Source: Chiloscyllium plagiosum | Lineage: Eukaryota | DNA length: 64,000 nucleotides | Direction of reading: 5' to 3' | Assembly (NCBI RefSeq): GCF_004010195.1 | Contig: NC_057735.1 | Location: forward strand, 39,979,600 to 40,043,599 | Notes under the pieces: model-generated | Told to the model about the DNA's origin: nothing | The model's input: the letters and a program-made list of their open reading frames with translations, nothing else | Databases searched by the model: none | Made by a program: the position numbers and the translations under genes | Shown here: positions 12,345-25,550 of the stretch, piece by piece | How the letters are laid out: each line of letters opens with the position of its first letter | Position numbering within the stretch: the stretch's first letter is position 1

Positions 12345-12720
12345 GGAGTCTAATAACAGTGAGGAAGAAGCTGTTCTTGAATCTGTTGGTTCATGTGTTT
12401 AAGCTTTTGTATCTTCTGTCCAATGGAAGAGGTTGGAAGAGATTATAACCAGGACGGAAGGGGTTGTTGATGATGTTGGCTGCCTTCCGAAGCGAGAAGT
12501 GTAGATAGAGTCAATGGATGGAAGGTTGGCTTGTGTGTTGGACTGGGCTGTGTTCACAACTCTCTGTAGTTTCTTGTGGTCCTGAGCAGAGCAATTACCA
12601 CACCAAGCCGTGATGCATCTGGATAGAATGCTTTCTATGGGGCCTTTATAAAAATAGATAGTTTTTATAGATATGCCAAATTTCCTGCTATCAACAATGA
12701 GGACAGGAGCAGCACTATTG
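12345..12720 (-). mobile_element. Rex1/Babar LINE 3' fragment
   Basis: Reverse strand encodes FQPLPL.RRYKSLNT.TNRFKNSFF, homologous to the 3' end of 5875-6989. Confidence 0.8.
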
Positions 12721-14474
12721 CCAGAATTAATTTAGAAATGAATACAAAACAATCTAGCAGGCTTCTATAGCAAAACCTGACAGCTGTGTACAAAGATACA
12801 GAAGAGTGTTCATACTCGCTATAAATTACATTTATAAACTCCAATTTTGAGCCAACAAGTCTCTTCATGAGCTTTGCAATGAACTTAAGGACTTGTTAGT
12901 TGGCAGGCACTACCCTTTCTCCACCCTTCCCACCAACTGGAAATTTGGAACTGTCCTGGGGTATGGCAACTTGAACCAATCCCCAGGGCAACAATATATA
13001 AACTCCACAGACACTAGGTCCCAGCCTGATGACCCATTGGAAATGTAGCCTTCTGACTTCCTGACAATCAGAATAGAACACTGAGGAATGCAGAGCACAT
13101 AGACAGAGAAGACAGGAGAACTAGAGAAAGTGTAATCAATGTTAAATCAGAGACATAAAGAGAAAGAACAAGAAGAAAAGGGGAATGGGTCGAGAGAGAG
13201 AGAAAAACACAGAAAGAAAAGTAAAAACAGCATCTATATTTGACATTTGTAGAACCTCAACAATTATCTGAAGAAATTGGGATTTCGCGTTTCACTCAGG
13301 TTTCAATGATGAGAAAGGTTGTCTGACAGAAATCAACATTTACCGGAAAGATTGATATTCTGAACTTTCTACTTCATTATTTTTCTAACTTTTTCCTATG
13401 ACCTATAATGCTGGACTGTTTATTTCTTTACTTGTCTAATTATGTTTTGCTTCCTAAGAATTTGATCTTTTGTATCTGTACCGAGGCACCTTAGAACCGC
13501 TCTGCTCCTTTTTAATTTAAGCTCCAGGCTTCTGGCCCACACGTCCAAGTTTTGAGAAAAGTGGAGTGTGCCTGATCACTGGGGCCAAGGCACAGCCAAT
13601 TGTTACAGTATTAACTGCGGCATTCTGAGGATTAAAGGTCCCAAATCTCTTTGACAAGCTACAGAAAAGAAGTAAGTGTGTAAGGTAGGTAGGTGAGGGT
13701 GTGGTGTGGGGAGCATACTGGCAAGGAGGTGGGAAGCTAAGGGAATACAGTATGGGAAGTTGAGGGGAATAGAGTGGAAATTGGGAAAGGGGGTTTTGGT
13801 AGGGTGGTAGGTAAATGTGTAAGGGGGATGGGGTGATAGGTAACTATGTGAGGGGATAGGGAGATAGGTAATTGTGTGACGGAGATATAGTGTGTAAGGG
13901 GTGTAGGGTGATAAATGAATGAGTGTATAGAGTGGCTGAGAGGGTATGTTGGTAAGGGAGCAGGATGGGAAGTGAGTGAGGGATTGGATGTCAAGGGGTG
14001 GGTAAGAAGATAGAATGGCTGGTAAGTTGGTGAGGGAGTCGGGTGACAGGTGGGTGAGAGAGGAACAGTAGTTTGGCTGGCATTACGGCTTGGGTGGAGG
14101 GTTGAGGCCAGGTCAAGTTGGGGTTGGAGGTCAGATCGGATCCAGAGCCGATGCAGGGATTCTCAGGGAGGATACTTGGGTATGTTTATTGATGATTTAG
14201 TGAAGGGGTCAGCATCAGATTTTTACTTACCCAGGAATTGGAGCAAGTTTTAATTCCTGTAATGTTTCCTAGGTAACTAACCTGGCATGTGAGTTAGAGC
14301 CTCTGAGTTCATCGACTCTAACTCAGCGTTGGAGACTTTATTGGAAGGTTCCAGAACAAGGTAATTGCTCATCGAGTGATCAAACCTGCTGGGCACACTT
14401 CCTGGGTAACCTTTGCAGTGGGAGCTCTCGGGGCTCCACCTTTTGGGGAATGTTGTTGTATTCCTGATCTTCAA

Positions 14475-14800
14475 ATTGGAAGAGCTAGACTGATGTTTGC
14501 CGTCATAGGGAGTTTCAAACTATGGGGTGCAGGTTAAAAATAAGGGATCTTCCATTTATGACAGAAATGGGTGGGAATTTTCTCTTTCAGATAGTAATTA
14601 GTCTTATTCTCTTCCACAGAGAACATGCAGGCTGTGACATTGATCATACTCAAACCTGTGTTAAGCAAGACAGTCAAAGGTATAGGGATATATATGGGAT
14701 ATAGGCAAGAAAGTAGAATTTGGGTCACAGTCAGATTGAGTCTTATTGAATGGCTGACTTGATAGGCTGAATGGCCCAATTGTGTTCCTATTACATTCTT
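14475..14800 (+). mobile_element. Old CR1 3' fragment
   Basis: Decayed ...FMTEMGGNF... segment and ggctgaatggcc 3' motif. Confidence 0.6.
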
Positions 14801-16611
14801 ATGATCGTTTTGGATTTGGTCAAATTTCCAACTACATTGATATCAAGAATAGCATGTTGTTCCCTGATGGTATTGGAGGTTTCCCTGAACTCTGCTCCCT
14901 GCAAGACCCCTGCAGCTTCATTCCCAGCTGTCACTTGAAAATTCTTAGACACAGAACAACTGTAGGTCTGTAAAATCACAATATATCTCAGTGTCTAGCA
15001 ACCAGCTAAAAAGGGAAGGTGATCTTGTTTGGGGGTTACTATAGAAATAGACATGGGTATTTATAGGAAGGGAGATTGATATGTATGGTATAACATAGTG
15101 TGTCTCTGCTGTTCTCCATTTCATTGTAAAGAGAAAACCTGCTCCGTTCTGTAGATCCACGAGCCAATTTCTACTGGGTGTGGTGCAACTTGTACGACTT
15201 GATACTCTGCAGTGAGATGATTCACCTCATCGAAACTTAGTGAAAGGTCAAAGTAGAAGCCTGTGGAAATGTATCGGAAAGATCCAGTAAACAGCAATAA
15301 GCAAACACCACAACATTAATGCAGGAATCACAAATGTGCTGAGCACTGGCTACTCTGTCAATCTGAAGTTATGTATAGTCACAACGCACCAGGTGAGTTG
15401 GTGCGCTCAGGGGAACTGGGACATTTCAGTGGGTATCGTCCAATTGGACAGCCAGACCATCCGGTGAACATATTTTATTTGCAAGTTGGTGCTTGTGACT
15501 GCAGTGAGATCAGAGTCCAGTGTTACTGGGGGTCATTTTTGATTGCATTATACATTAGTTCTGTTTGATAAAGGATGCCCAACATATGGCCCACCAGAGT
15601 CACAGCATTTGCTCACCAACCTTCTCCCACCCAAGGAAAACAAATATGCTCCCTGTATGGAAAGGTTGGACAATCCCATGCTAGCTTAACAAGTTAAATC
15701 ATTTACTGATTTTGCCCATTGGATAAGCTGTAAACGTACAACTCAATAGGAGCTTCTGCAACAAATCACCAGTGACAAGGGGATTGAATCGGTGACAGTC
15801 ACTCTCTGTATGCTTAGGTTCTCAGTTAAACTGTCAGGAAAACACAGCACCAATCACGCAATCCTGATAGAGGGCACCACATTGTTATCACAACATTATA
15901 GTTCTTTCATTCCAGTTCCTGTGTACCCAGACCTCAGTGGATTTCATCATCAGCTCTGACACTGAATGCACTGTTCCTTTTTCATTTATACTGGAATGAC
16001 GCAGAGGAATCTGTGGCTGGATTGGGAAATCAGCACAACATCAGGATAATAGTTTTTATTCAGTGTGACCATTCCATCTCCTGTCAACTTGGCAATATTT
16101 AAATAAATGGTCAGAAAGAGTTAAGATTTTTGAGAGACCAAAACCTGAGATGATTTGAATTGTTTTGGGGATGACTAGTAATGGAAAATCTTTTAAGATT
16201 GTGAATTCAGACCTCTTAGAAATGCTAGTTACCTCAAACTTGGCTTGTTTGACAGTATTATGTGGTACATGGGTCAGGGAATTTATATGATTGCCTAATT
16301 CTGAAGTGGTAAAAGTGTGTAACTGTTTAATGACTCATCTTAGATTTCCAGAGAGTGTGCAGCTTGTGCTGTTAATAATCATCAAGTTAGCTGAATTTTG
16401 TTAAGAATCTCTTCCTATTAATGATTCAGACACTAGTGGCTGTGATACTCCTTTGCTTAGAATGAGTGAAAGGAGAATATTTCCACCCAAGGGACAGAGA
16501 GATTCCTCACTATTTGCTGAGGTCCTCTACATTCCAGTAGCCTGTGAACAAACATTCTATGTGCCCCCAAATGAAGTGATGTATTTAGAACGCACTTTGG
16601 AGGCTGAATGG

Positions 16612-16985
16612 GAGGGTGACCTTATAGAGGTTTGTAAGATCATGAGGGGTATGGATAGGGTAAATAGACAAGGTCTTTTCCCTAGGCTGGGGGATTCCAG
16701 AACTGGAAGGCATAGGTTTAGGGTGAGAGGGGAAAGATATAAAAAGTACCTAAGGGGCAACTTTTTCATGCAGAGGGTGGTGTGTATATGAATGGGCTGC
16801 CAGAGAAAGTGGTGGAGGCTGGTACAATTGCAACATTTAAAAGGCATCTGGATGGGTATATGAATAAGGAGGGATTAGAGGCCAACTGCTGGCAAAAGGG
16901 GGAGATTAATTTAGAATACCTTGTTGGCATGGACAAGTTGGACTGAAGGATTTGTTTCAATGCTGTATATTTCTATGACTGTCTG
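16612..16985 (+). mobile_element. CR1/HER1 3' fragment
   Basis: GDLIEVCKIMRGMDRVNRQGLFP...RGNFFMQRVV; ctatgact tail. Confidence 0.9.
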
Positions 16986-17163
16986 AGACTTTCCTTAGAC
17001 AAACAATCCATTAAACTCACTGTCAGCCTCAGTGGAACCTAAGGCAGCTGATTAGTCACAAACCCTCTGGACCAGTTGCTTTAATTTGCAGAACAAATAT
17101 TAGGCTGAATGTTTTGTACATCATCCCTGCCAAAACAGTAGGACCATTTAAAGGTTCAGGTAC

Positions 17164-20100
17164 TGTGAGATTATGTCTCCCTGTCTGTATGTCAGTATAA
17201 CTTGAAGAGACATGCTCATCATATCATCATTGTATCATGATGCACAACTTGAGGGTAAAAATATCTTATACTCTACCTTACTTTAAAGCATGACACTTCT
17301 GTTGAAACAAGTTCTTCTGTTGCAAATCAATTAGCTTAACAATAGCCCAGATACTAAGATGGCTGAGGGCTGTTACATTTGTACATATTGTTTGTTTGTT
17401 CCTTTAGTAATATCCTTGTCCAGTTTCTTATATTATGTGAAATAAGATAAGCATTGACACAAGAGGTAAAACACTTTTTGGAGGCAAACTCACACGATAT
17501 TAGCAGTGGTGATCATCTAGAAAAGGTTCCAATATCTTGATGGCAGATATTTGGGAAAATAACTGAAGACCAACTAGGCCACAGCTTTGGACAACAGTCA
17601 ATGTAGATAAAGGGAAACTCTTCATCATAAGCAGAATCAGTTTCTCTAAGTGCAATCAGTTGTACAAATCTATAGGTAGATTATTAACCAAGAAAATAGA
17701 GCTAATTTGTTTTTGATTAGAATACATATTCTTGAATAAATGCATTTCTAAAAATCCCATAATTAAAAGAAATTTTAAACATAAAAAAGTTGCAATGCAG
17801 AGCCAATGCAAAGGCTGGAAGAATGCTCGAGCTCTATGGTCTCTACATATGTAACTGTTTCTCATACTGACTGTGACAAAGTCTGTCTTCTTAAAGAAGG
17901 AATAGTTTTTATTCTACACTGATATATAGTCAGGGACACATGGCTTCAGATATACAGTCAAACATTTTTAAAATGAAATAATGGCAGCAACCTCATTATG
18001 GACTGGGCATCCAGTGACACACTTAGTGAATTATAATTGTTCAGACGAGAGATGCAGTTTGTATCACAGCTCAGGCACACGATGATCTTGAGAAAAGAAC
18101 TTTACAAAATTTGCTTGTCACAGACAAGGAGGAGTTTTAGAGAGTTAACGCATCAGATCAGAAAGATCCAGAGGTTCTCAAAGACCAACTCAAGTTAATA
18201 ATTAAATTTAGGATTAATACAAAATCACTCATGTCGTAGAGATAGCAAACCCAAGAATGTATGGACCAGCTTGTCAGAAGATGCTAGAGAAAATCACACC
18301 ACTGTGATTTTTCCAAGCAGGAACTGTCAGAGAAGCTGATTGAGTCAGTCATCATTTCTACATATTTTCTGGAGAAGAAAATGACTATTTCATGGATGCA
18401 TCAATGCAGGATGGACGCAGGTATGAAGCAATAGTGGCTGCCAACAGCAGTTATATGGTTTAGGTGCAGCGAAGACTGGTGTTCCTGTCCGCAAAATGCA
18501 CCAAACCAACAAGGTCTGTGGCTTCTTACACCGACCCAAATGCTTTCCAGATGTTCTTGGAAACCTTAAAACATCGGGCACTGAAGGACATTGGGCATGT
18601 GCAGAAAGTTTGGTTCCAAAGGCCAAGCTAGATCCCAGAACAAACACAGGTCATAGAGTCACAGAGTCCTACAGCAGAGAGAGCGAAAGGCTCTTAAGAA
18701 GGTGCACAAACACAGATGCGTCAATGACGGCCAGAACCAAGCAACTGAAAGATAAATGTTAGAAGATAACCAAGCTTTCCACAATGCTATCTTCACACAC
18801 CATGTCAGTGATACAAGAGGATCAGGACTTTTTAAAGTCATTGCTATAATGTGTCCTGAAAACGCAGGACAAGCACACACTAAAAGCTAAAATCAATATG
18901 AGAACTAGTGCTGACATGTTACCACTGAAGATCAAGAAAAATATGTATACCAGTAGGTAACACGCCATGAAACAGCCCATCAGAGACCATTACGCAGTGT
19001 GCTGTATAACAGATTATCAATTCCATGTATTAACAGAATCACACTGCAGTGCCAATACACAAACTCACCTTGGTTTCCTGAAATATTTGACTTGGTCAAT
19101 ATCAATGGTCCAGCAGTGCCAGGACTCGCAGGATACACAGGTCTCAGTAAAGTCAGAATTCATGAGAATCAAACCATACTCACTGTGGTAGAATAGCCCA
19201 AATATGATGTAATCGAATCAGTCAAGAGTCTGCAGGGATAAGATTTCAAAGTGAGATATCAACTGAGATGGTTGAGTATGACGCGCTGAGTGGATTACCT
19301 GACTCTAAGACCAAGATATTCCTCTTGGTCTACATTGAAACAGTAGGTTGGGAAATTGCAGACATTCTCAAGGTTAATCTGTTGCACTTTGACCAGAGCC
19401 AGTGTGAACAGCTGCAATCAGCAACTGCTGAAGATGGACAACCACAAGAGTTGTAGAAGATTATGACAGTGTTAAAGGATTTGGAGAAAATGAGGACTGC
19501 AGATGCTGGAGATCAGAGTCAAAATGTGTGGGGCTGGAAAAGCACAGCCAGTCAGGCAGCATCTGAGGAGCGGGAGAGTCAACATTTCGAGCATCAGCTC
19601 TTCATCAGGATTACCTGAGAAACTTTGTCCATTCTGGCCATACACAGATGATCCTGAAAATTCATACCATCACTGCAGACTGTATGGCATGTACAATCAA
19701 GTCAGTGATCATTACGTGTTGAGCATCTAAGTTAGATTTTCAGGGTTGTATTGCTGTATTTTCCGACAACACCTAAAGAGAGGATTATCATTCCCATTAT
19801 AATTTACACGCAGAAGACAAGCTTGAATGACATAGCCCAGCAGCCAATTCTCTAATCATTCTGAGATACAGGACATTCTTCTTCAAAGACAGAGGAGAAT
19901 AAAAGAGGTATATGATGAATGAGTAGATAAAGAACTACCAAAAGTGTACATTGAGCAGAGAGTGTGAGTTTTAAATTTAAATCCAAATACTTGGATAGAA
20001 CAAAGGCTTCTAAAATATGCAACCATCCAGATCATCCAGTCATTGCTGATGATGGTGTGACATTATGCAGCCAGTTCAGACCACACATGCATGAGGACAA

Positions 20101-20764
20101 TGAGAAAAGACACTCTGATGATGATTGAGCTGTGGTGTTGAGTGACAACAATGAGCAATAAGAAAAACAAGTTGAACATAGGACAATGTGTATCCCTCCT
20201 GATAAGTATCTGATCATCAGATCTGAATGTGTTGTCAAACCGCTCCCCACCCGCTCCCCCAAAAGCATTACACTGAAGATTGAATTATTGGTCCTGGCAA
20301 CTGTTTTATTTGTTTCTAATTATCAAATTGACAACATGTGTTATATAAAACCTTGCATATTGGTTTGCGGTGCGATTTTTTTATCTTTGAGAAAAAGGGA
20401 CATGTTGGATTATGTCTCATGGTCAGGATATCAGTGTACCTTTAAGAGGTTTACTGACAATATTGCATCATTGCATCTGAGCTCAGCGTAAAAAGCTCTC
20501 ACGGTCTATCTTATCGCAGGTCACTTGAAGTATAAAAACTGCACTGGAATCATGCTTCTCTGATGTAAACTCATAGCTTAACATTTGTTCTGATTTTGTA
20601 TGAGCTCTTGTGTCTGAGGAATGTAATGTTTATACATAATAGTTAATTATCATAAATATCTGTTGGATTCCTCAACACCATAGTACTCAAACACAAGTTA
20701 CAAGAGATAACATCAATATTGACAAACCAGATAAATCACTCTGTCTCAAGTAAACTCGCACTAT
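17164..20764 (+). mobile_element. Ancient Ty3/Gypsy LTR retrotransposon with internal deletion of RT
   Basis: Diverged LTR pair (about 17164-17498 and 20403-20764, both start TGT..GATTATGTCTC); PPT gagaaaaaggga before 20403; gag knuckle-like CGFLHRPKCFP...GHWAC; protease-like LKAKINMRTSADMLP; RNase H end DFKVRY..EMVEYDALSGLP; integrase C-terminal IRSECVVKP. Confidence 0.7.
19484..19610 (-). mobile_element. PLE pLTR fragment (family A) inserted in the Gypsy relic; hammerhead with compensatory stem II
   Basis: Reverse strand: ctgatgaa-GAGC-tgat-GCTC-gaaatgttgac. Confidence 0.75.
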
Positions 20765-21944
20765 CTGTTTCTCTAACTTTATCTAGACCCTTTCACTGAA
20801 AAATGAGAAGGAATGTTGTCTATGATCACCTGGATTGTGGAAATCCTGCAAGAAAAGTTATTTTTTTAACTCCTGGTGCAACTTGCTTTCCTGGCAAGTT
20901 ATGGAGTTACTTTTGCTGATTTGTTTATATTTGATTAAAAGAGGCCCATCAAAAGGAGAAGCCTTGGCTCGTTCTACCTTCAAGCTCCAACCCCATTTCA
21001 GAAACTGATACTGTCTCTGTTAATGGATGGAGCAGAATTGAATTACATCCATGGATTGAGGAGCTATCAGGAAATATGGACTCATAAGTTGTAGAAAAAA
21101 TGTTTACATTTGTTTAACTCTCTTCCTATTACTTGTCTGGCGGTGTTTTTATCTAGCAAGTATACAAATATATAAATGTTCTGGTTTAATTAAATTAATT
21201 TGGTGTTGGAGTTGTTCACATGTCTGCCGCTGGTGTTGTTAAGCCTGCCCTCCACAATGCTGCTTATTGTAGATAACTCCACAATGGTGACTGCTTCAGG
21301 TGAATGGAGTTGTTCTCTTGAGTTTTGTGGTCAGTTAATCTGGCCCATATACGACTTGCGAATAGCTGCTGCTCTGTTTTCAACACTCTTTAAAATTTAG
21401 TTTGAGGGTGAATTTATACTGATCCGGTGTTTAATTTATTTTTAAGGGGTAACCTATTCCTTGTAGTTATTTGTAGAAATGAACTTTGTAATTGGGATGT
21501 GCATTGAACACAGTGCAATGATGAAATCAGGGTGCTCTGGTAATACTGGGCAAGCCTAGAGTCAAGGCTGTAAATGAGGACTGGGACGGCAATGAATTAT
21601 TTCTAAGACCCAAATTCATAGATTTATCTCAAAAGTGTCAGCCACTGGGACCTGATTGCCATGCTGCTCTTTTTCTGATGCTGTAGATGTACAATTCAAC
21701 TTTTATTTGGGTGGTCTATTGAACTCAGGCCTCCAAACATAGCAGAAACGCAACAACAATGTAATTGTATAACAGTGTCATGATTATGTTTTTCTCCAAT
21801 TATCCCCCCTTCACTCCTGTGGGTACTGAATCCCACTGAGGTGGCTGCCCCTTGGAACTGACTATCTTTTGTGTGAGTCAGGATAGGGGTCCCAGTGCTA
21901 TTCAGAGGTAAGGATGAGCAAGGGGAGAGTGGGTACCACGGTAA

Positions 21945-22030
21945 AGATTAAAAATCACACAACACCAGCTTATAGGCCAACAGGTTTATTTGGAAGCACT
22001 AGCTTTCAGGACACTACTCCTTCATCGGGT
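21945..22030 (-). mobile_element. PLE pLTR fragment (family B)
   Basis: aaaatcacacaacacc..ttataggccaacaggtttatttggaagcactagctttc...ctccttcatc, same family as 34236-34423. Confidence 0.7.
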
Positions 22031-22934
22031 GGGGTTGTTATTTGAATCAAATTGTAAAGAATTGAGCTTAATTGGCTAAGTGGCTGACACAAGACTTGGA
22101 ATATCAGCTAGTTGTCAATCCAACCAAGGTAGTGTTGAGATCGTCTTCCTTTCCTTGCGCTGAGAAAATACCACTGACCAGGAAAACAGCTCAGGACAAA
22201 GCATCAGCAGACAATGAGCCAAGGACCTACTTTTCTACAGAGCATTCACACCATGCTGTGCAGCACAGATAAATGGCCCTACAGATCTATGTGACTTTTG
22301 AAACATTCTCCTTTTAACTTTATCTCACACTATCAACACATTCGGCTCTCCCTCATGTACTAATCCAGCTTCCCCTTTAATACATCTATATTTGCTTCAT
22401 TCACAATAATAATTTAAAAATTCTCATCACCCTTTGGGAGTAAAGACATTTTTCTTGAATTCCTTTTTGGAATTGTTCGTGACTATCTTATGTTTATGGC
22501 CATTTCTTGTGGACCTCCCCACCAGTGGAAAGATGTTTATCAGTGCCATTGAATTTCTTCATAATTTTAAGAACATCTATGAAAACACCTCTTGGTCTTT
22601 TCTTCCTTTATAGTTTGATCCTTTCATTTTTGTAAATACTTTTCACACTTTCTCAGTGCTGCTCTATTCTATTGTCTGATCTCCACGCTGACACATTTTC
22701 CAGATGGAATGAGTTAGATTAGAAGCAACATATCTGGTTCGTTCTCCTTCAAAGCTCAGGAGGAGCTTAAGACCATTGTGAGAATCTGTACAGTCACTTT
22801 TGGACCTTATATACCGTGTAGGTATTCAACCTGAAATCTTGGGGATGGTTTTTATTTGGGGATATTGGCTTCTTCAGGCCTTGCAGAAGTGGCCAAGGCA
22901 GGGCTCCTGTATTAAAACATTAGTTTATGTTTAG

Positions 22935-23628
22935 TGTGACGTTGCTGTGTCCTGGCCACTTTTTTTAAAGAGAGGTTTTAAGAGATAGGTGGGAGTTGTC
23001 TATTTGAAAAGCCAATAAAATAAATAGCTTGTGAGGCCTTGGGTTTTTTTTTAAGTTGGAATAATATAAGCAGCCTGGATGGGTATGGCCAGCTCTCACT
23101 CTCTTTCAAGTTTTACTTTAGCTTTTAGGTTTAGCTTTAAGCAGTTGCTGTTGGAGTCTCAATCTCTGCCTTAAATGGCTTCAAGGCAGAAATTCTTAAT
23201 CTTGCAAGGAATTAAGGGATACGGGGAGAGTGCGGGTAAGTGGTATTGAAATGCCCATCAGCCATGATTGAATGCCGGAGTGGACTCGATGGGCCAATTG
23301 GCCTTACTTCCACTTCTATGTCTTATGATCTTATAAAGAAAGATCAAGCAGCAGAGATTGATAAATTCTTGACCTCGAAAGGGATTAAGGGATATGGGGA
23401 AAGTTTGAGTAAGTGGAGTTAAAGTGCCCATCAGCCATGATTGAATGGTGAATGGACTTGATAGGCTGAATGGTCTTGCTTCCACTCCTATGTCTTATGG
23501 TCTTATGGTCTTAATCGAATTACATCTGGAACACAGCACTTTACATTTGCCTTTAAAATAAGAAAAGTTAAAATCTATGTTACCTTCTTAAAATAGTTTT
23601 TGAGGGGTTTCTGGTCTGGTCCATAACA
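22935..23628. mobile_element. Solo LTR with 4-bp TSD, interrupted by CR1 3' ends
   Basis: TG...CA termini (tgtgac...ccataaca) flanked by TTAG on both sides (22931-34 and 23629-32). Confidence 0.75.
23170..23513 (+). mobile_element. Two tandem CR1 3'-end fragments
   Basis: Two diverged units gcaga..ttcttga..ggaattaagggata.ggggag...catcagccatgattgaatg...(tcttatgg)n. Confidence 0.8.
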
Positions 23629-24644
23629 TTAGTCCAAGACACTGTCTTGGTAAATGAATTGAAATGTTTGCTTGGAACATGATTGTTGACCACTTAAATT
23701 GCTTGTTAATACTCAATAATGAGACCGCATGGCAATCTGATGGATGGTGCTTGAATTAATTAATGCCCTTTCCAAATATAGACTAGGAATAATCAAGAGA
23801 AAAACAATTTATTGCTTTAGATTTTAGGTTCTACTTAAACACAGTTCCTTTGCAACTGAATCTTTGAAAAAAGCTTATGGTGCAGTGGTAGTGTTCCCAT
23901 CCCTGGACTGGGAGGCCCTAGTTCCAGTTCCATGTGCCTTAGAGATGTGTAATAACATCTCTGAACAAGCTTATTATTAAAATTCTTTTGAAACACTTAG
24001 GGAGACTTCCTGATACTCTTTGTCAAAACTTCAACAACACTCGAGCAAAATTTCTTATAGCAATTTTCTGACAGCTATACTTAAGTGTTTAAGTGCTATA
24101 CTACTCTAAGCTATTGTGCAGTTTATGAGACTCACTGGGAATAAGGGAGTGCTTAATTATAAGTCACTAGCCAGGGGTTTGAGGTGAAATGGAAGCACAA
24201 TCTGAGGAAATAGGTAGCAGCACTGTTGCAGGGGCAGCTTCTTCCTTCCAGTTTGGTAACAGTGCAATCTTTCTTCCCTGGACATCTCTATGACTCTTTG
24301 TCTTGTTAGATTAGATTAGATTCCCTACAGAATGAAAACAGGCCCTTCGGCCCAACAAGTCCACACCGACCCTCCTTCACCCCCACTGCTACTTCTGAGA
24401 AGTCTGTATGTCTCATGGAGTATCAGAATTATCCTGAACCCACCACTTTCTGTTAAGCATTGTACTCCATCATGTCAGTGGGTGCATGAAACTCACATAT
24501 ACTGCTCCACAAATGTCATTTCCAGATAGTGATTGACTGCTAATATTGTAGGTGTCTGTTCTAGCTGATCCAGGCAAATTCAAATTTCGATAATCAGTAA
24601 ATTGAGTGCAGAAACCAGATGTTCAAGAAGTGTCAGTTCAGGAA

Positions 24645-25226
24645 TTGGGAGGTCATGTTACTGGCTGTATAAGACATTTGTTGGGCCACTTTTGGCATAT
24701 TGCATACAATTCTGGTCTCCTTCCTATCGGAAGGATGTTGTGAAACTTGAAAGGGTTCAGAAAAGATTTACAAGGATGTTGCCAAGGTTGGAAGATTTGA
24801 GCTATAGGGAGAGATTGAATAGGCTGGGGCTGTTTTCCCTGGAACGTCAGAGGCTGAGGGGTGATCTTATAGAGGTTTGTAAAATTATGAGTGGCATGGA
24901 TAGGATAAATAGACAAAGTCTCTTCCCTGGGGTGGGGGAGTCGAGAATTGGAGGGCGTAGGTTTAAGGAAAGATATAAAAGAAACCTAAGGGGCAACTTT
25001 TTCACGTAGAGGGTGGTGCATGTATGGAATGAGCTGCTAGAGGAAGTGGTGGAGGCTGGTACAATTACAACATTTAAAAGGCATCGGGATGGGTATATGA
25101 ATTGGAAGGGTTTGGAGGGATATGAAACTGGTGCTGGCAGGTGGGATTGTTTGGTTTGGGATATCTGGTCGGCATGGACGAGTTGGACTGAAGAGTCTGT
25201 TTTTGTGCTGTACATCTCTATGACTC
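24645..25226 (+). mobile_element. CR1/HER1 3' fragment
   Basis: QFWSPSYRKDVVKLERVQKRFTRML...; ctctatgactct tail. Confidence 0.9.
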
Positions 25227-25235
25227 TTTGTCTTG

Positions 25236-25550
25236 TTAGATTAGATTAGATTCCCTACAGAGTGGAAACAGGCCCTTCGGCCCAACAAGTCCACACCGAC
25301 CCTCCGAAGAGTAACCCACCCAGACCAATTTCCCTCTGACTAATGTACCTAACACTATGGGAAATTTAGAATGGCCAATTCACCTGACCTACACATCTTT
25401 GGACCGTGGGAGGAAACCGAAGCACCTGGAGGAAACCCACACAGACACAGGGAGAATGTGCAAACACTACATAGACAGTCGCCCGAGGCTGGAATCAAAC
25501 CTGAGTCCCTGGTGCTGTGAGACAGCAGTGCTAACCACTGAGCCACTGTG
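25236..25550 (-). mobile_element. HE1 SINE
   Basis: (ttaga)n tail, V-SINE body, tRNA-like head. Confidence 0.88.

Noticed and set aside
21100-21700. Decayed Penelope RT fragment on the - strand
   Set aside because: Only vague similarity; cannot be supported without a search
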